DNA of 64,000 bases, taken from assembly GCA_010093605.1 (NCBI GenBank), contig MU004191.1, positions 1,286,816 to 1,350,815 on the forward strand, given 5' to 3'. The notes under the pieces are model-generated. The model searched no databases. It saw only the letters and a list, made by a program, of their open reading frames with translations, and had not been told where the DNA came from. The translations under genes were made by a program, and so were the position numbers. Position 1 is the first letter of the stretch. Each line of letters begins with the position of its first letter. Below, piece by piece: positions 13,132 to 24,205 of the stretch. This DNA is from Lophium mytilinum. Taxonomy: Eukaryota.

Positions 13132-13962
13132 CTAAGCCTCGACTGTCGTCAAGAACTCGCTGAGATGCTCGACAATAGCTTCAGTTCCCCGATCCGGCTC
13201 AAAATTAGCCCCAGGACACTCGCAGATTTTCACATCTGGCCTGATATCCTTCAAATGCCCTATGTACGACCAAAGAATGTCATCCCGCGCAAGTACTGCT
13301 ATCATAGGACATCCCACGATCTTCACCAACTTCTGCGAATCCTGTTCCCAAACACAGTCATAAATCTGACTTCGACCTTTCCATGCGCGTATATGATCGA
13401 GCGTTTCACGTTGGAGGAGTTCCAGCTCAGTCGTAGGTATGCCTTCGTCGGCTACATAATGCCATGTCTTCAGTAAGTGTGATCCGTCGGCGACAGGCTT
13501 GTTGAAAGGCTCAAAAAAGCTCTTCCGAAGTTCAGCACGCTCCGAAGCGCTCATGATAGCTGGTCCAATCAAACACAGACTGGAGATAATGGTAGGATGC
13601 AAGTTTGCTATTTCAATGCCGATCACCCCCCCGGAATGGTGTCCGACCAAGTGGACGCCAACTTTGGCAATGCCAAGAGTCTCGAAAAGAGCAGCGTAGA
13701 GGTTTGCATACCAGGCAATGTTTGGTGGCTTTTCTAGTGGATCATCGGAACTTCCGAAACCAGGCATATCGGGGGCGTAGCAGTCGTATCCATGGGGCGC
13801 GTAGACCTTCATAAGGCTCGCCATACTGAAAGCCGAAGATGCGGACATGTGGAGTAAGACCATGGGATGAGATTTCTTCTCGACATTCTTTGGGGCGAGT
13901 GCATAAAGATAATGAATTTGCCCAATGGACGAATCGGCATAGGCTTTCTTAATCGAGGTCAT
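13132..13962 (-). CDS. Alpha/beta-fold hydrolase with non-canonical nucleophile elbow (GHHSGG)
   Basis: Intronless 276-aa ORF with GQIHY, APDMPGFGSSD and HLVGHHSGG motifs. Confidence 0.85.
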   Translation of the reverse strand: MTSIKKAYADSSIGQIHYLYALAPKNVEKKSHPMVLLHMSASSAFSMASLMKVYAPHGYDCYAPDMPGFGSSDDPLEKPPNIAWYANLYAALFETLGIAKVGVHLVGHHSGGVIGIEIANLHPTIISSLCLIGPAIMSASERAELRKSFFEPFNKPVADGSHLLKTWHYVADEGIPTTELELLQRETLDHIRAWKGRSQIYDCVWEQDSQKLVKIVGCPMIAVLARDDILWSYIGHLKDIRPDVKICECPGANFEPDRGTEAIVEHLSEFLTTVEA

Positions 13963-14488
13963 ACTGGTTGTATTGATGGGAAGGTGAAAAATAGGCTTCT
14001 TAACTGCATTGTTCCTCTAGACGATGGCATGGCTACTGCCTTCGTTCGTTATATGACAGCTTTACAATAGTACTCCTGGGCCTCGATTTTCTGTGACCCG
14101 TTTATCGCACTGCGGAGACACCAGATCCACCCTATCGACAGCGTCGGGTATGGCTAAAGATCCCGACGGGAGACGGCCGAAGCTATTCTACCAGAGTCGA
14201 GAGCTAGGCTTGGGAATGCGAGCATAATTTCTTCGTCCTAGTGCTCTGATTTAGTGCATATATCGATGAACTAGTGATGAACTCCCGGGCGAATCGTCTT
14301 GTAAGACGATTGTGTTGTTGGGTACCGCAGAAGTGATGAAGATTACAAGGGGAGCTTTATAAAACGGCTTGCTAACTAACCACACTGCACGGTCCACTTT
14401 AGCCCTAGTACCAGGCCCTGCAGGGTACTAAATTTCAAGCCGCAGGGTCTTCATCAACGACAGACATTGCAGCAGCTTCGGTGCAAAA

Positions 14489-15631
14489 ATGGGTTCCAGC
14501 GCGAAAAAGAAGAAGGAAAAGAAGAAGGACTTCCAAGTGCGTATAGGAGCTCATTCTTTATCCGACGTGTACTAATGCGCTGCGCAGAAAGTGAAGCTTA
14601 GGGTCGGCAAGACCAAAGCGCAGGCCGCTAATTTCACAGACACCAGTTTCAAGGCAAAGTGTAAGAGTTCATATCTGTCGTACATTTACGATTAAACTTA
14701 TGTATCTCCAGCAATTGTTTTGAACCAGCAATCTCTCTCAACCAATGCTCCGTCGACTGCCTCACAGTTTTCTCATCATCTGTCATTACTTTCGCACAAA
14801 GCAGACAGTCAGCGGCGAGAATCGCTCGCATATCTGACTTCTGCGATCCTCAGCACACCAGATGGCTCAGCTATACCACAGCCAGTCGCTGTCATTCTTC
14901 CCGAGGTTCAGCGTTTGATTCTTGACGCATCGAATAGCGTCCGCCACCAACTATTGAAGCTACTGCAAAGTCTGCCTGTAGCAGACATAGCAAGTCATGC
15001 CGACCAGCTATTACTGTACACACGCGCTGGTCTGACCCACCTAGCCGCGGACATTCGGCTTTCCTCGTTAGACATCTTCGACTGGCTTCTCCAGGTTGCC
15101 GGTACTGAAGTTGTTAGTTGCGCCGGCGGATGGGTGAAAACCTTGAAATGCTTCCTCGGACTTCTTGGATGGGAGACAGATTCGACTGGGAAATGGTCTG
15201 CGCCAAAGGCAACGCTTGGGAAAGCTGGTAGCCAAGGCAAGCTGCTCGTGAAGCAGATCAGTAGTCTTGGCCTACTTGTGAGAATAGGATTGGTGCCTGA
15301 AGCAGTCGGCTCTGGTGCTTTAGCTGGGCCATGGCCAGGATTTCCAGTGACGAATGTGGAGCAACACATGATCACTCAGCGCTCGTATGTGTATAGGCAC
15401 TTGAATATTTTCAGCACACCTAGGGACGACGAAGCCGAGATGTACGAGGATAGGGAGGACAGGCAACGGGTATTCAATGAAAAAGCGGAAACTGCGATTG
15501 TTGCTGGGCTAGAGCAAGCCAAGAAGAGCGGAGGTGAAGTAGGACGCGCTGCTGCTCAATTGAGAAAGGCAGTGCTCGAAGGTATGGCGGATTTCCAAGG
15601 CGCCGAGAGGGAAGCATCAATTCTTCTATGA
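14489..15631 (+). CDS. IPI1: Pre-rRNA processing protein Ipi1 (Rix1 complex)
   Basis: MGSSAKKKKEKKKDFQ|KVKLRVGKTK..NFTDTSFKAK start across two introns; RAGLTHLAADIR. Confidence 0.93.
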
Positions 15632-16116
15632 TACCCTTTGTTAACCCAAGAATCTCGAATGTTCTCACTTATATTTGACACCACATTTCCTTCAGTCCAA
15701 AATAGCTCGAGGCTTTTCATGCTCCACGTAAATCCTCAAAGTCGATACGGACTGCGCGCTGTCTGAGCTCTCCCTAGACTTGACCCTGCCAGCAGGCAGC
15801 CTCTTCAAAGCGTTTGTCTCTTCCTAGCATTGTTTATTTCGTTCTTGCATATATAACGTAGGAGTTGAGTCGGAGGTTTGCCGGGGTTCGCCCTCGAGTC
15901 ATGGCCGAACATCTAACTAGCGGATGGACGGATCCGATGGAAGAACCCAATCAACACCATGCGAGCTATCACGGCTTATCTTGGGCCCTGATCGGAATGC
16001 TCCACGAGGCGGCCACCAGATCGTAACAAGCCATGAAGGCATCAGTGGGGCGGAATGAAATGGGTCGAGGTGGCGGCATCCTGTTCTCTTCCCGTCATTC
16101 AACGTGCACATGAAAG

Positions 16117-18467
16117 ATGACCGAGCGCGAGCAAATCCATCGACCCGCGAAACGTGCTAGGGTAGCTTTGGCTTGTCAGAGGTGCAAACTCCGAAAGCAA
16201 AGTTCGTTTTAGTTACGTTGTGGATGATGGACAACTTCTAATCAAGTCAGAATGCGACGGTGCGCACCCCTCCTGCTCCAAATGCAGGAGTCTCCAGACG
16301 CCATGCGAATATATCCTTCCGAACAAGCCCATGCCCTTTGGTCGTAATCACTACATTCGATCGCTAGAATCCCGTGTTGAGCAGCTCGAGAGTTGCTTAG
16401 TTGAGCGCGGCCTCCCGGACCCAGGGAATAGTCAATGGCAGTACCAACCTCAGTCGACACACTCGCGCCAGAACTCGATTACGCACATGCCTGTCGGGCA
16501 ACTCGAAGTAAATCCACCGACACCAGGACAGGTCGAGCCTCCAGAGTTCGATCTAGTGTCAGAAGACGACGACGAAGGCCAAGACTTTCAGGTTGAATCT
16601 ATGGTCGGAGTGCTCAAAGACCTCTCTCTAGATGCGAATGGCGGTTACATTGGGCCTTCATCGCATATCACTATGGGACGGCTGGTGGGCTTTCTTCTAA
16701 AAGAGAAGAAGCAACCAGGCCGGAACTCTTCACCTCGCTATCGAACAAGTATCTCTATCTCCGGACCACCATCGCTTACCGAAGACGAGGAAACCGTTCG
16801 CTTCTCCGAAATCGCCCCCGAAGTGGGAGATAGGATGATTGTGGGCTACATGAAGCACATATCAACACGTTGGCCAGTCTTACATTCTGTGTGGGTCAAA
16901 GGGCTCCACGCACGCCGACACACCATCTTCGACACCTACGAAGAGTGTATTCTGCATCTTGTCTACGCTACTGGTGGTAGATTCCTAGAGACTGCTGGGG
17001 AAGTGAACCCTGCTTTCAAGCCCGAGTCACACTACGCCGCTGCCCTAAAACACCTTGATGAGATACTTCAATTTCGTGACACCCGCTCAGTATGTACGCT
17101 GATGCTTCTCGCGGTATATTGTCTTCGTGCATCTGGAGATCCAGGAGCGTGGGCGTATAGTCGGCTTGCTATGCTTAACGCCATCGATTTGGGCCTTCAT
17201 CGACAAATACCACCTGCGAAGGGCTTACACTTTGGAATCGAGATGCGGAAACGAATATTCTGGGCCTGCTATGCTTTTGACAGGCAGATTTCGATACCTC
17301 TTGGACGGCCCTTCGGACTATCGGACCGTGATATTGACGTGCCGCTACCTCTCGACATCGATGAAGCCTGCAACGACCCTGACGTCCTCGAGAATGCCTT
17401 CGACTCGCAAGCCCAGATAGCGACAGAATCCACATCCGCCCCGCCCGTGAGCACCACGATGTCTCTATGGATTCATGTCCTTCGAATTCGACGAATAGAG
17501 TCGCAGATCCAACAGACGATCTACCGCGTGGACCAGACCGAGCCTGCTCACGACTCTGTGATTGACGACTTCATCACCCAACTAACACACTGGAAGAACA
17601 TGATACCGCAAGATACGCGAAGAATGACCGACTCCGACGGAAAGGCATTCGACGGTTACGACCATTACGTGAGTCTGATAGAACTCCCAGACATGCACTT
17701 ACCACGCTAATCAAAATCTTAGATGGTGTTCTACTTCAAAACTCTTCGCTTGCTCCTCTACCCACAATTGACAAAACCCCAGATCTCACCACGCTTTCTA
17801 AAAGCTCTGGCTGCGAGTTGCGGCAGCATCTGCCAAACCTACAAGGTAACCGACCATCCCTCTCTGCTACGTACCTTCAAGTCCCTATCAAAGTCCTACT
17901 AACCCCTAGTAGCGCCTTCACCAAATTATGTATGTTGGCTATAGCATGATGTCCCTCCAAACCGTCTTTCTCGCGGGCCTCACTCTCATCTGCTGCGCCT
18001 GGTCCTCCCCCTCCGACATCTATACGCCCGCGACCAGCAACGACATCAACGCCTGCAGCATTGTTCTCTTCGTTATGGCGGAGCGCATGCACGCCGCGAA
18101 GAAGTATCGCAACGCGTTCGAGGTCGTGCGTGCGAAGATTGCCGATCAAATCGCCGAGGGTGGGATGATGGCGCCGCGACAGGCGGTTGGCGAGCTTACG
18201 GCTGATCTGAGGGAGACAATTATGAAGGGGGCGGAGGACGAGGGGCTGGGAAGTACGGAGCAATTTGAGGAGATGGTAAGGTTAATGGCAGGCCAGCAGG
18301 GGGAAGGGAGTTGGGGAAGGGATGGACTGGAAGTGGGTGGGATGAGCGCGGATTTCACGCAGTACGGTGGGTTCGAGGGACATGTAGTGGGTTTTGGGTC
18401 GGAGTATGGGTTTGAGATGCGGGAGGGGGACTTTGGCAGAGAGACGTTTGAGGAGGTAATGATGTAG
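16117..18467 (+). CDS. Zn(II)2Cys6 transcription factor with fungal middle-homology domain, Ppr1/UaY-like
   Basis: Spliced CQRCKLRKQKCDGAHPSCSKCRSLQTPC; coiled coil YIRSLESRVEQLE; AIDLGLH...RKRIFWACYAFDRQISIPLGRPFGLSDRDID; C-terminal SLQTVFLAGLTL..MAER. Confidence 0.92.
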
Positions 18468-18492
18468 GATTGGTAAATGCTCTTAGCTAAAG

Positions 18493-18900
18493 TATTTTAG
18501 AGTGACTCTCCGCTCGGGAGCGCGACAACGGCTGGCTCTGACCAACTTCACCCACACCTTGGCCGATTGCGCTGGTCACGAACCAACTCTTACTCACCTC
18601 GATCTTGAGCTCGAGAACATCATGGTCGACCAATCCAGGGAGCCAATGGGATAGTGGAGGACTATGATGTTGTTAATATAGATTGGGCGAGTCTTGGATG
18701 GTTGCCGGCCTTGATGGAAGCTGGAACGCTCTTACAGTGTTCTAACTTCGCAAGAAAATTATATAAAAGGGCATTTACGTGGGTTTGTCGCAGGGGATCA
18801 AGCCATTTCACGTGGGACCGGCAACCTTTCTTCAAATGCTTCGGTATGTTGTAGGTCTCGCCCTTCGATAAACGCACAGATTTGGCATGGGTTGAGCTGC
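18493..18900 (+). pseudogene. Relic of an APH/choline-kinase-like phosphotransferase
   Basis: PTLTHLDLELENIMV (degenerate H-G-D-L-x3-N-I), then a frameshift at ~18628, then VNIDWASLGWLPALME. No N-terminal half or start codon. Confidence 0.65.
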
Positions 18901-19212
18901 AAGAACTATTGGCTAGTGCTTAGCAGCGTTATTGTTCCGGAACAAAGCTCAAATAAGTTCTTTGCGCTGGTATCAAGGTGAACAAGACATTGACGCTTGA
19001 TAAAGAACACATGATACAGAGAAGCAGAACTGAAAAATTTAGGAGTCCTTTACATCAGTGAATCCGTACTTCCAGTTTTTCATCTTTGCATTCACAGAAT
19101 GTGACCCGTCATGTTCTGTTTCAGCGATTTTGCGAGTGCGCAGTTATCCCAACAGTTGACGCCATGGGTTCTAGGTATTTTACATGCCATATACAAGTGT
19201 ACAAGAGGTAGT

Positions 19213-19885
19213 TTATGTCGCCTTCGGCTTCTTCGTTCCGTACTTCGATCTCGAGGTGATCCGGTTCCCTACTCCGCCCTAGTACTGTCAGATGAATGGG
19301 TCTATATCAATATGAATCGGACTCACCAAATCTAAAGCTCCTCTGACCAACCTATATTTCACACCGGGACAGTCCTGTGCTCTCCCTCCTCGAACAAGAA
19401 CCACTGAATGCTGCTGCACATTGTGACCTGCCTCTTTATTAGCCTTCAATCATTACAATCAAGAACCGTTCTAGAGCCGTTGCGCAATTATTCTCCTGGA
19501 AGAGGGTTCAAATACCTTCGCCAGGAATATATGCCGTAACGACCTGCCCAGTGCTCAACCTGACCCTCGCAAATTTCCTCTCCCCCGAGTTAGGCTTCTT
19601 AGGTTTTGTCGTCCCAACCTTCAGACACACACCCTTCATTTCTGGCCGATTAGCCAACGCCGGAGACCGCAGCTTTCGAGCTGTTTGTGACTGTCTGGCG
19701 CCTCGAAGGACTTGGTTGAAGGTGGATGGGCGCGATGCCGAAGCGGAGAAGGAGCGGATAGGGAGAACGAGGGAGGTTGGCGACGCTACTCGTGCAATTG
19801 GACTGGGGATGGCGCATGATGTTGGTCGTCGAGGGATTGGGAATACGGATGGCCGCACTAGGCAGCGGAGAAATTGTAAAGGCAT
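19213..19885 (-). CDS. MRPS12: Mitochondrial ribosomal protein S12 (uS12m), 3 exons
   Basis: Arg/Ser-rich presequence; [62 protein letters not shown]. Confidence 0.96.
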
Positions 19886-20808
19886 GGTCGCTGCGGTGTA
19901 AATGGTAGACAACGAAGTCGCGATGAGGTTCGGGAATCGAAGATTTGGCTTGGCGTTGCGGCGTTCACCAGCCACCACAGCCACTGGTCCCTTTCACCGA
20001 ACCTTGCAATCCTCTCGCCCATCCTCTAGCATTAGCCGACGTATGTTCTACTCTACGGCTTCTGATAGTCATGCTCGCATATTTGGTTCCTGCTGCTATG
20101 ATGGCCCTTTCTCCCAGACAGCTCTTTCGGTCCCTTCTTCTATGAAGAGCACCTAGGCAATGTGTCCAAGAAATGTCCATAAAGTCTACATCTACAGCAG
20201 ACACCTTTCCTCCAGCACATTGCACAAAGCTAAGCGCTCCCATAGTCGCTGTCACATTCATCTTCCCCGCGTCGAGGGGCCGTTTGGACTGCGACTCCTT
20301 GTAACCGCCATGTATGCCTGGCGAGCATCCCTGGTTTCATCTTCCACAGCCTGTCTAAACTATGTACTTTACCGCTTCGCAAACCAATGAAAACCAAATA
20401 TCCCTGTGTCTTATACTGCGAATATGGACAAGGGCGACTAAGTATTCGCACACCGTTGACCTGGGGTTGTTTATTTGCGTCACACTACAGCGGGCTTGCA
20501 GAAGCACCCCTCAGGATGTTCCTGAGGCACAGCTTACGTGTTCCAGAATAGCATCAACCAACACCAGGATTTAGCGCTACGGCACAGGTTGGGGCACAGG
20601 CTGGGGCGTCGGAGTTGGATCTTTTCATATTTGAGACATGTCGTTTCCTGTTTGCTCTCGTTTTCAGTCCGTGTTGAAAGGCTTCATCTGTTCCTTTCTT
20701 TCATCATATTTTCTACGTCACGTGTTTTCTGTTTTTACTTCACTCCTTATACAATCCCTTCCGTGAGGTCTTCTCGTTTCTTGTTGGAGACGTAGAGTTA
20801 CAGTAGAG

Positions 20809-21750
20809 ATGGAGCACCAGCACTCCCAACCAGAGCGTTCAGCGTCTCCCGTATCGCCCATAGAACCCTCGCACCCGGAATACTACATACCTCAATTTCA
20901 AGTCGAACAAGTCGAACAAGTCGAGCGAGACCCCTTCAGACCAGAAGCCCACGAACCAGTGCCTCAAATACACCCCGAACAAGCCAGCTCCATACCAGAC
21001 ACCCACTCTCCAATCCCCACCGACCCGCCCCCAGCATACCTCCCAGGCCCACCCGCCTACACACCAAGCACCACCTCCTCATCCCCCGATGTCGAAAAAT
21101 CCACCACCGCCGCCCCATCCCCCGCCTCCCGCAAACGCCTCCTCTTCGGCATCGCCGCCTTCCTCACCCTCGTCACCATCTGCATCATCGTCGGCGTCAC
21201 CGTCGGGCGCGCCTCCAAAACGCACAACCACCACGCCAACCCCTCCGGCACCTCAACACACAACATGCCCTCCCCCAGCACCCCCACCCACGCTCCGGCC
21301 ACGACACCAGCCACCTCCGGCACCGTAGGCATCGCCGCGAACGACTGCCGCGAGCACAGCCCGTTCTACCACATCGACACGCCGCTCAACGCCACCGCTG
21401 ATTTCACCTCCAGCTGCGCCACCAACATCCCCGCCGGCATCATCGCGGAGCTCGGGAACCGGCCTGTGGAAGACCTGAACGTGACGACGGCGTATACCTT
21501 CGAGGAGTGTATGGGGAAGTGCGCGGAGTTTAACCGTGGGGCGCAGGACGGCGGTGGGGTGCTTTGTATGGCTGTGAGCTATAATGCGAATCTCACCGAG
21601 GCGTTCGGGGGAGGGGGGACGGGGAATTGTTTCTTGAAGGATAGTTTGCCGAAGACTGCGACGCCGGCGGGGGGTTTGATGGCGAGTGCGCGGTTGGAGA
21701 GGGGTGGGGTGACGTCGCAAGGGGAGCCGGGGGTTGATGTTGATGGGTAG
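20809..21750 (+). CDS. Single-pass membrane protein with Pro-rich N-terminus and C-terminal Cys-containing PAN/Apple-like domain
   Basis: 313-aa ORF; PPAY motifs; TM LLFGIAAFLTLVTICIIVGVTVG; FEECMGKCA...CMAVSY...NCFLK pattern. Confidence 0.75.
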   Translation: MEHQHSQPERSASPVSPIEPSHPEYYIPQFQVEQVEQVERDPFRPEAHEPVPQIHPEQASSIPDTHSPIPTDPPPAYLPGPPAYTPSTTSSSPDVEKSTTAAPSPASRKRLLFGIAAFLTLVTICIIVGVTVGRASKTHNHHANPSGTSTHNMPSPSTPTHAPATTPATSGTVGIAANDCREHSPFYHIDTPLNATADFTSSCATNIPAGIIAELGNRPVEDLNVTTAYTFEECMGKCAEFNRGAQDGGGVLCMAVSYNANLTEAFGGGGTGNCFLKDSLPKTATPAGGLMASARLERGGVTSQGEPGVDVDG

Positions 21751-22158
21751 GGCGCCGGGACAGTTTGGGGATCTTGGGGGTTATGGTGTAGTAGAAACGC
21801 GTTGTGGGGCTGTTTTGGAGGTTTGTTCCTGCTTTTGTTTCCTTGATGATATCCTTGTACTTCTATAGCTGCAAATGCGAGTTGGGTTCGGTGATCGCGA
21901 ATACGTAAACCAGTTATGCGACCTGTTTGGCGATTGAAGCGCTGAGGACATTACAACGTATAGATTGCGGGATGCCTTGGATGGTGTGATCTGCTACACC
22001 AGTAGCTCAACATTTTAAATTAGGGCGTGAGCTCCCACACTTGTTGACCACCATGACTCCAAATCTACAAAGAGGTATCCCAGGATGGCAACCCAGAGAA
22101 TCTATGCTACAAATCTCCAACCGATTAATTACTTAGCATGCACTGACAGAACGTGTAC

Positions 22159-24205
22159 TCAGCCCATCGAGTTCCTCTTGTGAGCCTCGTCAACCGCACG
22201 CTGCCAACTCGTTCTATAAATGAACGTGCCTTCGATCGCCGCCACAACACCCAGTGCAATTGCAGGACCCTGTGTCTAGTTAGCCCCTATCCGAGAATAC
22301 TGAAGAAGCAAGGAAGCGAGGAAGAGGTTTGGTACTTACAGCCCAGAGCCCATATAGGCCCCAGCCGAGTCCGAAGCCTGTCCCGAACGATATTGGCATA
22401 GCGATGCAATAATAGGCAAAGATACTGACGTACCCGCCCACCTCCTGCCTGCCCAATCCACGCAAAATACCGTTACAGGTTGTCGCAAGCGCGTCAAAGA
22501 GCTGGAAGGCCGCACAAAGTGGTAGCAGGGCCGCAACTACCTCTACAACGTCCGCATCGTTGGTGAAGAGGACAGCAATGTACTTGCGTAGCGTGCTGAG
22601 AAGCGTAACATTGAAGATTCCGACAAGAACAGCTCCACAGAGCGCAACACGGCTGTGCGTCTTAGCGGCATCTGAGAGTGTGGCACCGATAAGATTCGCA
22701 ATACGGGTAGAAGCCGCAATGCTCATCGGGAACGGGATCTGGAAGGTGATAGCCGTGACCGTGCTCAGCACGCTCTGTGCAGCGAGCGCAGTCGTACCGA
22801 TCCAGCTAGCACTGAGGGTGAGGATCTCGAAAGCCAGGAACTCGGCGAGCACCATGACGAGGCCAGGCAGCGCGAGCTTGATCATCGGGGCCCAGTTACG
22901 AAGGGCGCGCTTCTCGAAGCCGCCCCAGCACTCCCGGCCGTCGATGAAGTAAACGTAGAGGAAGAGGCAGAGTGGGAGTAGGTTCTCGGTTACGGCGACT
23001 GCGATTGGTGCGCCGATGAAACCCCATTCGAAGACCCAGACGAAGAGGTAGTTCATCAGGGCATTTAGCGGTGCACATATCAGCAGCACATACAGATTCG
23101 CGGTAAAGAGACCTTGGGCCTGGAGGAAGCGCTTGCCGCTCTCGAAAGCTGCGTAACCAGGGGCACCGGCGAGAAGAACCTTCAGGTATATTCCGGCGAG
23201 TCTTGCGGTTTCCTGTTCGGGGACAATGGCGGAGAGGATGGCGGTTCCGCTTAGCCAGATGACACCAATGGGGATTGTGATGACCCAAAGGAAGTAGAGC
23301 ATGCGTTGCAGCTGCAGTCCAACTAGCTTCTTGTGGCCCGAGCCATAGGCTTGCGCGCAGAGGGTGTCGAGTGAGGTTGCCAACCCTTGATAGACGGCAT
23401 AGCCAGTTATGTTTGCTGTCATACTTGCCAAACTCACAGCCCCGAGCTCTACTTTCCCGATATGGCCAACCGTGAAGATACTCGCCACGGTGAGTGAATA
23501 CTGCAGTAGGAATGTAACGATCAAAGGAGCAGAGTATTTAGCCAACGTCTTTGACTCTCGTTGCCATGTGGTTTGAATCTTGCCAGCTGCAACTGCTTCT
23601 ACCCATTTCTTGTTGATATTTTCCGGGGTATCTTCTCCTCCATAAGGCTTAGTAGGGTCCGCTCCCAATAGCGCTGAACTCTCTGAAGGCTCATCGTCTC
23701 TTTCAAAAACTGATTCTTCATCCGCTGCGCTTCGCACCTTTCTCAGCCCTGCGATTGACAATCGCTTACCCAATCGCGCAGGCAGACCGCTCTCACTCCC
23801 TCGCCGCGGGTGCTTTGGTGGAAGAAGCAGGTTGTCTCGCAGCAGACTTCTTTCTTCCTCTCGGATTTGCTGCCGCTCTCGTTTCGTCAAGTAGCTGTGC
23901 TCCGGGACTGATTGTGAAGCAATGACAGCGGATCGAAACCCAGGATTGACATAGCTTGGCCTGCGGTAGGCGTCTCTCATGGAATACTCTGAAGGATGCA
24001 CTGTGGATGATCCTGAGGAACTTTCGTCATCGTCGTCAGAGCTCGGATAGGCGTCGTCGCCACCCTCGTCGAGATCCCGCTGAATAGCAGCTTCAGCAAT
24101 AGGTGATCCGGCGCTAAAGGATTCCAATTGCGACCTGAAGCTGTTCCCAATGCCACTCGAAGATTCAGCAGTCGGCCGAGTCTGGACGGGCTGTGAGGGT
24201 GCCAT
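22159..24205 (-). CDS. MATE-family efflux transporter (Erc1-like)
   Basis: VGHIGKVELGAVSLA, LDTLCAQAYG, RFLQAQG, TRIANLIGA, NGILRGLGRQ. Final intron after ~22336; last exon ends ..HKRNSMG*. Confidence 0.93.

Noticed and set aside
14270..14345. Box C/D snoRNA (two GTGATGA boxes)
   Set aside because: No downstream CTGA D box or terminal stem.
6453..16116. Canonical UaY/Ppr1 TCGG-N6-CCGA sites in cluster promoters
   Set aside because: None found by eye; only N7, N10, N15 and N17 spacings occur.
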